DNA of 42,485 nt from Lenisia limosa (lineage: Eukaryota; Protista; Breviatea): NCBI GenBank assembly GCA_001655205.1, contig LPNZ01011431.1, positions 1 through 42,485 of the forward strand, in the 5' to 3' direction. Both the position numbers and the translations under genes were made by a program. The notes beneath the pieces are model-generated. The model did not search any database and had not been told where the DNA came from. It was given only the letters and a program-made list of their open reading frames with translations. Numbering within the stretch: the stretch's first letter is position 1; every line of letters starts with the position of its first letter. Below, in pieces: positions 22,021 through 35,200 of this stretch.

Positions 22021-23084
22021 AAACTGTGTATAGCTGTGAAGTGACGAATAAGTGGTAATTGTACATAAAAAAACTATTACTCATTGGGTATACAACAACG
22101 AATTAAAATATTGCCCTTCATAACCAGTCCAGGCCGCATACAAAATGTTGGCCAAAGGTCGGACCATCAACGAAGATCCACAAAGAACCCCTGTTGCAAG
22201 CTCTGAGCAGGCCTATAACGGGAATTAACAGATTTGATCATTGAATTCACGTGTGTAAGATACTATAAAAATTGCTGTCACAATACCAAAAACAAGAATT
22301 CCCACTTACTCTGACGGAATATATCACGTTGCTTTGGAGACTGTTCACCTCAGTTGCCGGAGGAGATATTGTAACATTGGTCCGGCTGGCGGATGTCAAA
22401 TCTTGAATCTGTCGAGTTTTAAGCATCTTCAAAAAGACCGAGAAAAAGTCATGTAAACAACCTATTTACCTCCAAGAAAGCCGCAGTAGACACTCGTGGG
22501 GTCGAGACTACAACTGGTACTGTAGCTTTTTGAAGATAAATGACAGATAAGTCAACTAAAGTGTGATAGGACAGGAAATTTGAAAAGGAAAAAATGTCCA
22601 ATAGCCCAACCCTAACCAAGTAGCTTGGCCTCAGAGAGAGATGTATCAACACGCTCGGAACCTAAATGGTCAAGATTTATTGATAACTGCACTTCACCAA
22701 AGCCCTTTCCACACACCAAAATATTAGATCAGATTCTGTGCAATTACCCTTTCCATACCAAAATATACTGCTTCATGCAAGTGAATTGAGTGGTCAGAAC
22801 CCAGGTAGATGGAAGAGGCAGGCAATATCACAGGGAACAAGAAAAAAAGAAGATAAAAGAACCTCATCTCCTTTGAACCAATCTGTATAATATGAAGAGA
22901 GGAAAAAATAACAGCGCAAAAGGGCGTTGATGAACCGAGGACGGTTTTTGGGGTGTAGTACGGCGGCGTCCCTTGCTTGAAAAGAAAAAAAGGTGGGTGG
23001 AAGGCACTTTTTCGTTTTTCGCGTTTTAATCCAGTTGTTTTTTTGATTAATTGCTTGTTTGTTAATATTTCAATTGTTTAAAAA

Positions 23085-24611
23085 ATGGATGAAGCAGAAT
23101 GGCATCGCCTTTTCCGTGTCAGGAGAACAGTTGGTAAGTATGGGTCCCTTATCATTGAAAATGTCGGTTTTTTGGACGAAGTAGTTGATTTACGGAACCT
23201 AAACTAACTCTGGCAGTGGAGATGATTGTGGACAGAGGCTATGTCGTCCAAGAGGAAGATCAGGGTGATGCCACGAAGTTCAGAGAACGCTTTACAGAGA
23301 TGCCAAAGTGAGACCGTTCTTTTTTCTGGGCTGTTTTCTCATGCTTCCTTTTAGTCGCGAGGATCTTGCTCTTCTCGCGGTGCATAAGACAGATTCAGAA
23401 CAAAAACTCTTTGTTTTCTTCATAAATGACGAGAAAGTTGGTGTCCAGCCCATCAGAGCGTAAGGGGAATATGATCATGTCACAGTGAATCATCTTCTGG
23501 GCTACCCTGCTCACCCACCCCAGGGTTGTGGACCGTATGAAGGCTGATAGTGCACAACACGGTATCGTCGTCATCAGGAATAAAATCACACCCTTCGCCA
23601 AACAGGTAAGCTTGAGATATGATGTTCACTTGGTGGTGCAGTGTTGCGAAACCTTTGGAAACACTTGTGATAATATTGGTTCCACAGTCTTCATTGTTTC
23701 TTTTCTTTTTTCTAACCCTCTCCTCAGTCATTGGATCGAGTTGAAGACCTTCAAATTGAGCTCTTCAAGGAGTCCGAACTTCTTGTGGGTATTGGCGGCG
23801 TTCCTGAGGGATCTTGGTATTTGCCTACCCTTTCTGTTTCTGTTTTTTAGTTTGCCTCCGTTTTGTTTCTGTTTTATAAACATCTGAAATCTTCATCCTC
23901 TGACGCGATTTCTGATACCACTCCTNNNNNNNNNNNNNNNNNNNNNNNNNNNNNNNNNNNNNNNNNNNNNNNNNNNNNNNNNNNNNNNNNNNNNNNNNNN
24001 NNNNNNNNNNNNNNNNNNNNNNNNNNNTACCCCCGAAGAGAAGGAGGAGCTTCTCACTACCTACAAACTCAGAGTTGGCGGGTATTCACATGCTTCTTTT
24101 GTGCTTTCTTTTCTTCATCCCTCATCCAAAGCCTTATTTCACGTTTCAGGACTCACAATTGCCGCGTATTCAGATCACCGACGCTGTTTCTCGCTATCTT
24201 GGCCTCCAAAGAGGGCAGGTTTGCGGCAAGGGGATCTAGTTTCATTTGGTTTGGAGCGCCTTTCCCAGACCCCTTATCTATTATGCGTCGTATATCTTGT
24301 AAATAATGTCGTTTTTTGCACCCCCCCCCCCCNNNNNNNNNNNNNNNNNNNNNNNNNNNNNNNNNNNNNNNNNNNNNNNNNNNNNNNNNNNNNNNNNNNN
24401 NNNNNNTTCTCTCCCCTTTAAACATAACAATGGTCTCCATTGAAGGATAGTAATATGGACTTTGTTTTATACGTGCGTCCTTCCCCGCCTTTTTTAATGT
24501 TCCACCCACTCCCATGACAAGTCCACGAACCCCTAACCCCCACAGGTTGTGAGGATCACGCGGCCGTCAGAAACAGCAGGGCGCTACGTCACCTATCGAC
24601 TCTGTATTTAA
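23085..24611 (+). CDS. RPB5: DNA-directed RNA polymerases I/II/III subunit RPABC1 (RPB5)
   Basis: MDEAEWHRLFRVRRTV-VEMIVDRGYVV..-REDLALLAVHK..LFVFF..KVGVQPIR-..KITPFAKQ-..IELFKESELL-[gap][58 protein letters not shown]. Confidence 0.97.
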
Positions 24612-24778
24612 TCTTCATGGTTATGCACTTCTATTTTTCTAGCACCACCCTGAGAGAGAGAGGTTTCAGAGTCTCATTGATTTCCTTGGTAAATGTGGGA
24701 CAAATATAATGCAACGTTCTCAATGATAGATGAGCGGATACCAAGAGAACAGATTATCTTAAACGATACAAAAACAGT

Positions 24779-25790
24779 TCAGTCGTCGTCAGAAAGGACA
24801 CATTCTGGAGACATGGGCCTGAAACCGTCAGAGACTGTCAGACACCCAAGCTATCAAATTGCCTCTAACCTTGGGCGTTCAATCAGGAGCACGCCAGTTT
24901 GCCGCCTCCTCGACTCTTTTTGGACAGTGTCCCGGACGTCTTGACTGGACACGTGTCGCTTGAGCTCCTGCAATATAAGCATATTGGAATACAGTAAAAA
25001 GTTCAATGTAATCAAAGCTGACCTTTTGATGATGTTGAGGCTTCGAGTGCTTCGGCTGTAATTGAGGGGGGACCTGGAGGGAACCCGGGCGTTTTGCGTT
25101 TCTCGGCGGCGCGTGGCTTGGAATGAGCCGACTTGGCTTTGCCTGGGGGTCTTTGGCTGTTTTGGCGGCCTTGGCGAAAGTAACAGCCTCAATAATTCGC
25201 TTCTGCCGCGGTCGAGCCGATGGACGGTGGCTGCAGGGTGACCAACCAATTAGAAAGAGGGGGGGGGGGGGNNNNNNNNNNNNNNNNNNNNNNNNNNNNN
25301 NNNNNNNNNNNNNNNNNNNNNNNNNNNNNNNNNNNNNNNNNNNNNNNNNNNNNNNNNNNNNNNNNNNNNATTTCCGAATTTAGCAAACCTATTGGGCTGG
25401 AGAGCAGGTCGCGTGCCTCCTGGAATAAGCTTGGCCGCTTGTAGTACCCCCTACAATAGAGTAACGACGATAGTGTGGAATTTTCGGAGCAAAATAAGAT
25501 GGAATCCCAAAGGTCCTTGAAATTGATACTTCATTCGAATAGTATCAGATGCCTTCATTTCATCAGAGGCTTACTGTCCCTATCATGCTGTTCGTTAGCC
25601 TGGCCTCCATTTTGGCCTCTTTCTGGAGGATTCTGCTTGATTCCAGTCGTTTGAGTTCATGCTTGGCCTGGAGGGCATTAGAGAGGCACAGTAATCAATT
25701 CCCTCACTCGGTTTTGGTCAACAAAACGATTAGTAATCGGGGCGGCCTTTGTTGTTTTTCTCTTGGGGTGGGCTGAGAGCGAGAAAAGAG
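24779..25790 (-). CDS. Unidentified multi-exon basic/coiled-coil-like protein
   Basis: Exon-like frames PKRKTTKAAPITNRFVDQNR, AKHELKRLESSRILQKEAKMEARL, LILQELKRHVSSQDVRDTVQKESRRRQ, ..PECVLSDDD*; convergent with RPB5. Confidence 0.45.
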
Positions 25791-26299
25791 GGAAACTTGG
25801 AGTTTCCTAAGCGATTAGAGTTGTCACCCGGAATGGCCATAAAGAGACAAAAATTGACTAAGTGTCTCTCCATCCCAGATATATCCTATGTATTATATGA
25901 TCCCCACTCACTTCGTCATATATAACAATGACGGGTTCGGAGTAGCTAACTTGCTGGGCGTGGTGTCGAGAGCATCGAGGTGCCGGGATTGAATTGGACA
26001 CTATGGTTGTCAGTTCAAACTGACTGAATATGGTGTCTCCATTCTGGTAACACCCGATTATCAAAGACTGGTACAGCTCAATAATATACATACTATGATA
26101 CGCAGATCATATTTTGAAGAATGAATACATGAATCCAGGGAAATAAAAAGGGTACGAAGGGTAAGAGGCGAAGTAAACAAGTTAAGAAAGAAGGGAAATT
26201 TGTAGGGCTCCGTGCAAATAATTGAAAATTAATTTCAAAATTTAAGTAGAACATCTTGTAACGAGAACCCTATTCTAGACACATTAATTTCTAATTTTG

Positions 26300-29200
26300 T
26301 CAATTAATTGCCTCAAGGCCCTAGAAACAAGCGAAAGAAAGGAAAGAATGGAAAGAAAGAAGGAAGGGTAAGAAGGAAGAAAGAGAAGAGGATAGGAGAA
26401 CTCACATATTCTTGCTTGCTCCGGACTGAGTAAAGGTGAGTCCATGAGGTGACAGACACGGTTCACATAGTGACTGACGAGAATGACGTGAATACTCCGA
26501 GGCTTATCGCGTATCTGTCGCAATTTCAAAAGTTGCATCGCAACTGTCCTTCCGAAGAGTGCGGCAAACTTGTGTGCGTAAAGAGTCCGCGATAGACGGA
26601 CCATCGGCACCTGTTGCCGTGAGAAGGAACAGGTAAAGGAGTTGTTTTTTGTTTTGGAAAACACTAGTTGAAACAACCCATGTTTTGTCAATTGTGTTGT
26701 TTTATTACGACCAGACTTTGAAGAGAATAGGAACGGCCAGGTTGATGATAAAAGAAGGGACGAGATACACCAGACAGTCTCGTTTGAAGGAGCCCAAAGC
26801 CTGGAGGGCATTAGGTTCAAGTGGCCTTTTCCATATGAAAAGTGCTGTTTGTGCAAACCGTTGGGATAAATTTGAGAGAGTAGAGCAAGCACCTCTTCCA
26901 ATAGCTTCTCGTCTGTGAAGTTGTCTGTGCGTGTTATGGTAATGACTCTATTCAAAGAATTGGTATAAAGACTCAACCGAAATGGAAGCAAATCCTTAGT
27001 CCACCCCTCACTCTCGGGGCCTTCTCAAGCTCCTTCTCCTTGGTGGGCTAAACGGTGAGGGTATTGAAAGGCTCACATTGCAACTTTAATCTGATGGGGA
27101 CTGCTTGAACCCCCCCCCCCCCCNNNNNNNNNNNNNNNNNNNNNNNNNNNNNNNNNNNNNNNNNNNNNNNNNNNNNNNNNNNNNNNNNNNNNNNNNNNNN
27201 NNNNNNNNNNNNNTCGCCAGGGCATGTCAACTGAAGAGTCAGAGGAAGGCCGGGGTATGGAAAAAAGAAGTGAGAAATACTCATTTTCAAACACTTCAAA
27301 TATGATATTGCAATACAAAAGACCATAGTATCAGTAATGAAGAGGTGGCCTACTTTTTTGATGATCGAAGAAAGAGAGTTTTCAGCAAGGATCGGTGGGA
27401 GGTTGTCATTCTGGACGAACAGCTGGACAACAACATTCTTAAGTAAATGCAATGACAACTCCTTTTTCCCGACAACAGATTCGAGATGCAGTCTTGAGGG
27501 GCACGAAAATCCAGTCTACTTCAATTAGCAACTCATGTAACAAGTGCCACTTTGGCATTGCAGCACATACCATTAATGCTCGCGTGACCCAGTCACAGTA
27601 ATTTGGTGCGTTTCCAAGGGCTTCAGCCTATGGTGTAAAGTCGCGCGTAGACACTCTCTGTCACTCCAATTACCCCCGTCAGGAACTCACTGAGTGTTTC
27701 AACGCAAATGTAGTGAGGGAAGCAAGTAGCTCCTTACAAGTTGACCAGTTGAAAAGCGGACTACATTGTTAATACAAATGACAATCAACTATTGGTTCTG
27801 CGTAAGTGTACAAAATGCACATACAATACGTAGGAAGGGAAAATAAGGAGCGATTGCGATGAAATAGAGTGCTTACGAGGGGTTGCTCCATGCAATGGCA
27901 GTGTAGGCAAGGGTCAAGCATGCAGTCTGTACGGCGCTGTCCCCGGCGGCTGGGGGGAGGGGGGGGGGNNNNNNNNNNNNNNNNNNNNNNNNNNNNNNNN
28001 NNNNNNNNNNNNNNNNNNNNNNNNNNNNNNNNNNNNNNNNNNNNNNNNNNNNNNCAAGGGCGAAGGAATCTTGATAAAGAAGAATGCAATACACAAACAG
28101 GGGCGAAGGAATTGTTTACAATGAAAAGACAGAAGGGAGCAAACTCGGTAAATGCGGTAGGAGGACGGCCATCATTTGCCCCGCGGCCGGACCCATGTCC
28201 TGATTGTCAGACACGAAACTGATAACACCAATATGCAAAATCAGAGAATTATTATCATTTTTAGCTTTTGACCTGGTAAGACAGCCTTCTAAGAGCTGAA
28301 TCCAGCCCACTTTAGTCATGAATCGGCCGAAGGGTCCGAGGTTAGTCACCAAATTGATCCAGTGCAGTCTTGCCGCATCGGGAGGAAGCGAAACTATCGG
28401 CAATCGGTCCAGTGTAATCTNNNNNNNNNNNNNNNNNNNNNNNNNNNNNNNNNNNNNNNNNNNNNNNNNNNNNNNNNNNNNNNNNNNNNNNNNNNNNNNN
28501 NNNNNNNNNNNNNNNNNNNNNNNNNNNNNNNNNNNNNNNNNNNNAATTTCTGCAAACCCCAAGCAGACAGTGACTATTACCCTTCAACCTTCAACAACGC
28601 GGTATCTTTGACACCCGCTTGGAACAACGAAACGATGTTGATGTTGTTGAGGATTTCTTCGGTCCTCCCTTGCAACTTAGCGGCTTCCTTCTCGCTCTGA
28701 AGCGTCAAACCAGCGGAAATACAACAAAAACAGTACTAATTTTGAATCAAAAGCAAAACCAGTACACTATTCCCAAGAACAAACGCAACAGAAAGAGAAC
28801 GATACAGTACAAAATGGGTCTCATTGGCTATCCAGGTCCACATTTATGATTCCGCATGTCCAAGCCCCGCATGCCTCCAGTTGACAATAGAGTACGGACA
28901 GCTTGTCGGCTCGTTCTTTCAGCCACTCCTGTAACATCAGCACGGTCACTGTAAACGTTGAGGAAACGGTTAATATACATAATTATATATGATATATGAT
29001 ACATATATTATATCATATATCATATGAAAAAAAGTATACTATCTCAATCTAATGTTTTCGTGGCTTTACCAGCTTTCTTCAAGGGAGAAAAAAATGGATT
29101 TTCTTTAGAAGGTATCAAGATAACACTTTACCATCTCCCCCCCCCCNNNNNNNNNNNNNNNNNNNNNNNNNNNNNNNNNNNNNNNNNNNNNNNNNNNNNN

Positions 29201-32200
29201 NNNNNNNNNNNNNNNNNNNNNNNNNNNNNNNNNNNNNNNNNNNNNNNNNNNNNAATAAGAATGTCAACATTAGCACGCAGGAGAGGTAAGAGCTTTCAAA
29301 CAAACAAACAAAAGAAAACAAAGAGGGAGCTGTTCACCTCTTCCTCTTCTGAGTCGTCTGAGTCGTCATCGAAGAGAGAATTGTAGTCAATGCCGCTGCC
29401 TGTGGAGTCAAAATATTATTCGATAGTTGGCTGGGAGGCACAGAAAGTCTGTGATGGAATTATTGCAAAAAGTGGCGAATTAACACAGTACGTACATGTA
29501 CATTAAACAATAATAACCCTAAGAAAGCACCCTTTCAACACATCTGCTGTCCCCTCAACCATGCTCGTACCTTGGGAAGGAGCAGTAATGATGGGACTTG
29601 GTGCTACTACGACAGCTGGAGGAGCCTTATGCGTAAGGACGACAAAAAAAAACCCTTTACCCACATTTTGTTTTTTGAGAGTATCTATTTCCAATGTAAT
29701 TTGATGGCAGCTTTGCCGAGACTTCAAAAGGTCTGAACAGTTATTATTGCAGGTCGCCAAAAAGAGAAGACCTAATCAACTTGCTAAAAACAGAATTGTT
29801 CAATGTGATCAAAAAGGGTATTAAATATCATATACCAACTTGCTTGGGCTGCTATACGTTATTTTTTCAGACCATACCATACCCCATGCCCCCCTCACTA
29901 GTGGCCATTTGAGATGCAATAGCAGTAGCCGCAGATAGGACGGAATAGAAATGCGTCACTTTGAATGTACGTAGCCGTCCAAAGAGGGCAACAGGAAGAA
30001 CCTGGGAAATGAGCCCCTCCCTCCCCCAAGAAATGGTGATAAACTGTTACTCAAGGTCTAGGTATTTATAACGTCAGCCAACAGAGGTGATTTGGGCTTT
30101 TTTGTTTCATAAATTTTCCAATTTTACTCNNNNNNNNNNNNNNNNNNNNNNNNNNNNNNNNNNNNNNNNNNNNNNNNNNNNNNNNNNNNNNNNNNNNNNN
30201 NNNNNNNNNNNNGTCCCGCTGCCAACACTTCATTCATCGTTTGGGCCAGCCGCTTCTCAATCTACAACACATCAGGTCAGCGGCAATATAATCTACAACA
30301 AATCAAGTCAGCGGCAATATAATCTATACGCCAGCGGCAATATAATCTCACAAAAAATCAAGTGAGCGGCAATAAAACAACAACAAATCAAGTCAGTGGC
30401 AATATAATTTGATTGCTATTGAGAACCATTAACTCCACTCACAACAAGGAAAGGACGGAAGGATTCGGGGACCTCGATTTCTGGATGTGTGTGCTGCTTC
30501 CTGAGGCGAACCATCTCGTCAAAGTCCCTCACTGCTGGGTGAAAACAACATTGAAGAAAACATATATATGTCATGCAACTCATGAGCTTGAAACCACTTG
30601 TCAGTACTTTGATGTGATAGTATATCCCATGTTTTTCTAATGATAATTGGTATTCATCAAGGGCATTTATTCAAGGTGTTTAACCAATTCAAAAAGAGCA
30701 TAATATCTGACTTTCCATTCTAACTTTTGTCATTTTATAACGTCATAGTTGGTATTGAGACTGTTTGTTTGCCAAGAGTTATATATTCAGTGATACTAAC
30801 CACACTTCTATTACTAAATCACAAGTGTTGACAACTGGTAAAGTAAGAAAGATTTAGACAACAAACTAAAGCCCTGCCCACTGCATGCTGTAAAACAGGT
30901 ATTGTAGCACTCAAGCACTTCCTCAAAGATCTTCTTCTTCAAGTTACGACGAACAGCCTTGTGAGTTAGTGTGGCATTCAAAAAATAAAAGAAGACAGGT
31001 TCCAGATCGTTTTCGAAAGTTACATGTGATGTGGTAAGTACCCCTCTCGCCCACAAGTTGAATGATTTTCCGAACAGCCACCACTCCAACACGCCTGTTG
31101 TCGATTAGGCGATTCAGCTCCAGTTGTTTGACAGGGTCTGTGATGCGTGCGTGCAAAGACTCCTGTGACACCTTGAAGTGGCATAGTCCTAAGGGGTCAA
31201 CTGTGGAAGGTTCAGCGTTGATATGACAATATATCATATACAGATAGTATATGATATACTAGTATGATTACTATACTGTATTGTTGTTGCCCCCCCCCCC
31301 CCNNNNNNNNNNNNNNNNNNNNNNNNNNNNNNNNNNNNNNNNNNNNNNNNNNNNNNNNNNNNNNNNNNNNNNNNNNNNNNNNNNNNNNNNNNNNNNNNNN
31401 NNNNNNNNNNNNNNNNNNNNNNNNNNNNNNNNNNNNNNNNNNNNNNNNNNNNNNNNNNNNNNNNNNNNNNNNNNNNNNNNNNNNNNNNNNNNNNNNNNNN
31501 NNNNNNNNNNNNNNNNNNNNNNNNNNNNNNNNNNNNNNNNNNNNNNNNNNNNNNNNNNNNNNNNNNNNNNNNNNNNNNNNNNNNNNNNNNNNNNNNNNNN
31601 NNNNNNNNNNTCGTTTGGGGTAAAGGTCCTATTTGTTGGGAATTAACAGCAAGATGAAGGATGATTTAGGTGTTGATCAATCCTTTAACTTTATAGCCAC
31701 CCCCAAACGAGTACTCCTTAGCATTACTGAGGTTCGAAAACGTCTCTGTGGGAACTTTTCGTCTGATCACCCCCTGAAGCTTTCGGCTAATTTTCCTATG
31801 AGGGGGGGGGGNNNNNNNNNNNNNNNNNNNNNNNNNNNNNNNNNNNNNNNNNNNNNNNNNNNNNNNNNNNNNNNNNNNNNNNNNNNNNNNNNNNNNTGGC
31901 TGAGGGGTGTGTGACAGGTTCAAAAAAGGAAGGAATTAAGGTGGTACTATCATGGTGCCAGTGTAAGGTCACATTTAACAAGCAAAACATGATCGTAAAA
32001 AATAAGAGTTTAATGACATGGTTTTTTTAAGATGCCGTCTTTTTCACACTTTGTACCAATTTTAAAGAAAGTTTGAATCAAGCAAGTGACCGTGTTCCTC
32101 TTTCCCCTTCAACTCACTCGTCAAAACTCCATGCAGCCATGATGACAACCTGGCTAACAAGACGAATAGGCGCTCGTAAACGGTCATCAGGCGCACGTGG

Positions 32201-35200
32201 GGCTGTTGCCTTGTTATAAAGTGCCCATGATCAACTAAAAGCAAGAGAGCTTCGCAAAGATAAACAAGACCGCCGTTTTATAGTTTTTTCTTTTCATTTA
32301 GTCAAGTACGATATACTAACTTGTTTGCCCTCCCCCCCTCATATTTATAGAGATGCGAAATATAACAAGGTTGTATCTGGCCGAAGCTGTCCGCACCATC
32401 ACATTATAGCATAATAATAGGAATCCATCCAATCATTTGCCTTACAACTACCCAGCATACATAGATCATCGAAGGATGCAAACATCCTGGGTTGGAAAGT
32501 CGCTTGCTTGGAGGCTCCTGGTGGGGCAATGTGCTGAAAAGCTCGAAAATATGGCACCATTGTTTGGATAAAGTCCGGGGCTACACGGTCAGAGCGGTAG
32601 AGAATATTGAGAGGAACAACATAGAGCAATCTCTGTTCAATTAATTTATTGAAGAAATTATTAAACAATATGAAATTGAAGTGTCTGAAATTGAGTTTAC
32701 ATTATAATATGTCGCTCAAATTTTGCAATATTATTTCAATTAATTGTACGGAGCTCTAAATAATGGAGGATTCGCTATCATTGTCACGCCCCATACAAGC
32801 TTTCCAAATTGATGCAAAGTAACAGAGTCGCAGAAGGTAATTCCTAAATACCGTTAGTGATATGTCAGTTTTTTTAAAACTTGGAATTCTTTCAGGTCCC
32901 AAAAAAATCTCCTCTCTAAATTATTGGTAAGCATGACATTACCCTCCCCACTTCAAGAGAATCGCAGTGTTTTGGGCTCGCTGGGACTCGCGGAAAAAGA
33001 TGGAGCCCAAGTCAGGGTCACGCAGGACGCCTAATGGACAAAGCCGGGCAGACACACTGTCGAGAGGTAAGGAACAGTCTTAGACCGGCGGATTCACTTA
33101 TAGTATGTAATATGAAAACTAATTACGATAAAAAATGTACATTGGGACATGGTCAATGAAAAGAGTGAAAAAAGCTTCACACTGCCCAACCTCCCATGTG
33201 ATGGCAGGAGGGTTTTGCCCAAATCAGCCACAATGTCCCAAGCCCCAGAGAGCTGCTCAGTTGCTTCTAAAGGATCTGAGTCCAAATTNNNNNNNNNNNN
33301 NNNNNNNNNNNNNNNNNNNNNNNNNNNNNNNNNNNNNNNNNNNNNNNNNNNNNNNNNNNNNNNATTTAAAAAAGACCGAGGTTTTATATTACTGCTATGT
33401 GTATGATCGTGTTAAGGCTTTAACGGTTTTCCTGAAGGAAAATCGTATTATATGTATTATATAGCAACATACAGTTGTCAGTCAAGATTTACTATTATGT
33501 CGGCTTTATCAATTAGTATATGATATAGTACACATATCATATATACATGTATATAATACATGTATATATTATACTATATCATATATAACTATATATAGGC
33601 TGGGATCGAACAGCCTCGAACCCCCACTATCATGCATCTTAGTGTGTCTGGTTTGGGGGGCGCTTTGAGAGGACACCCATCGGTTTTCTGAAATGTAAAC
33701 GCTTCAGCCAGGTACATAAGAAAGGTTACTGTGTAGTTTGTGAAATAATAAAAAGTAGTTTTTGTGCAATAAATCAGAGGCAGGGGTTGGGGGTTGGCAT
33801 TAGAGGGAGGGTTGATAATTAGACTGAATCCCACTTGTTGCTGCGGTTTCAGCTGCTGCCACCACTATCAAAAAGGACCAAAGGAGCTCTCCTGAAGATG
33901 GTGAGGGTGATATCTTAGACACTTCGCCTAGTGCTGGTACAATATGACATAATACTACATACACATAACAAAAATAAAACACCCGAAATTACTCTTCAAA
34001 AGATATATCATACTATGATATATATATACTGAATGCCAAAATTGTCCAACCTCTATCTTCCCTGGCGCTATCAGTCAGGGGCTCGAAGCTGAACATTGGT
34101 ATAGCCTTTTCTTTGATAAGCGGCCATAGTGGCTCATTGACCTGGTATGTAAGTTTGATGATGGGATGTTTACTTTGAATTTCAACAAAAATTACTTCTA
34201 TCAAACCGTTATATCATTAATACTGCTTTGTTTCAGAACTGATGAAAAAATTCAGAGGAGAGCTTATCCAGACTGTTTATGGGAAAATAGGGCTGGCCCC
34301 ATACCAGTTTGAGCGAAGAAGCAAGTTTGGTCCAGATATAGAGAATGTACGGCGGGCTATTGCCTAAATGGTAAATGAGCAAAATGATATTATAAAATAT
34401 ACCATACCATATAGCTATAATTTGTGTGTTATGTATTATGTGTACCTTTTACATGAATTCACCCCAGTGTATCAGAGTAACACTGAAAAGTCTCAATTAC
34501 CTACATAAGCCTCTCCAGCCGCCCATGTCCCCACCTTGAAAAATGGCGGTATTTGGAAGCATGAAGTGCAGCCTTGTAAGGTATCTTACAGCAAAGTTAC
34601 AGACCAGCGGAATACTGGGGGTGGGGTTATGGTGAGGAATCTACGAGGAAAAAGAAAGGAATAAACTCCTAGAATAAAGCTCAGGATATTTCACCCCCCT
34701 CCCACTCCACATTGAAGTACTCAATATCTTGAGAATCCTAAAAGATTAATGTATAGAGAAACCTAGAAACAGACGAAGCAACTTAAACTAAGAAAGTTGA
34801 AAGTTGTTGAAAGAGATTATCATCTAAGTGCAATAAAGGATGATAAACATAAAGAGTAAGGTGTCACATTTGGGAATACTCATGAATTAGTTACCCACAC
34901 CCCGATGCATCCTAATTCACCCGCTACATTTACGTCCTTCCAACCTCCTCTTGATCAAATCCCTGCATTATCTCCAGCAAGTCAATAGAGTGCCATAGAA
35001 CAGACAAAACTGCGGATAACGATGGAGGCTCCTGGCGGTGTCATAGCTTCAGGAGAAAAGACGGGAAATATCAATTTTGATGAACTTCAGCTTTTATATC
35101 GATGATAGGTTGAATCGGACGCAGAACCCTTCTTACAGCTACTAGGGACAAGTTACTGACTTGTTGTAGGGCCTGGAGTCTCAGCCCTTTGAGTTTGCAC

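Noticed and set aside
22703-22766. Short direct repeat ccctttcca..ccaaaatat
   Set aside because: Two imperfect copies of about 20 bp only; no further structure.
30274-30410. CRISPR-like repeat/spacer appearance
   Set aside because: Eukaryotic spliced context, spacers are short and homologous to each other, no cas genes.
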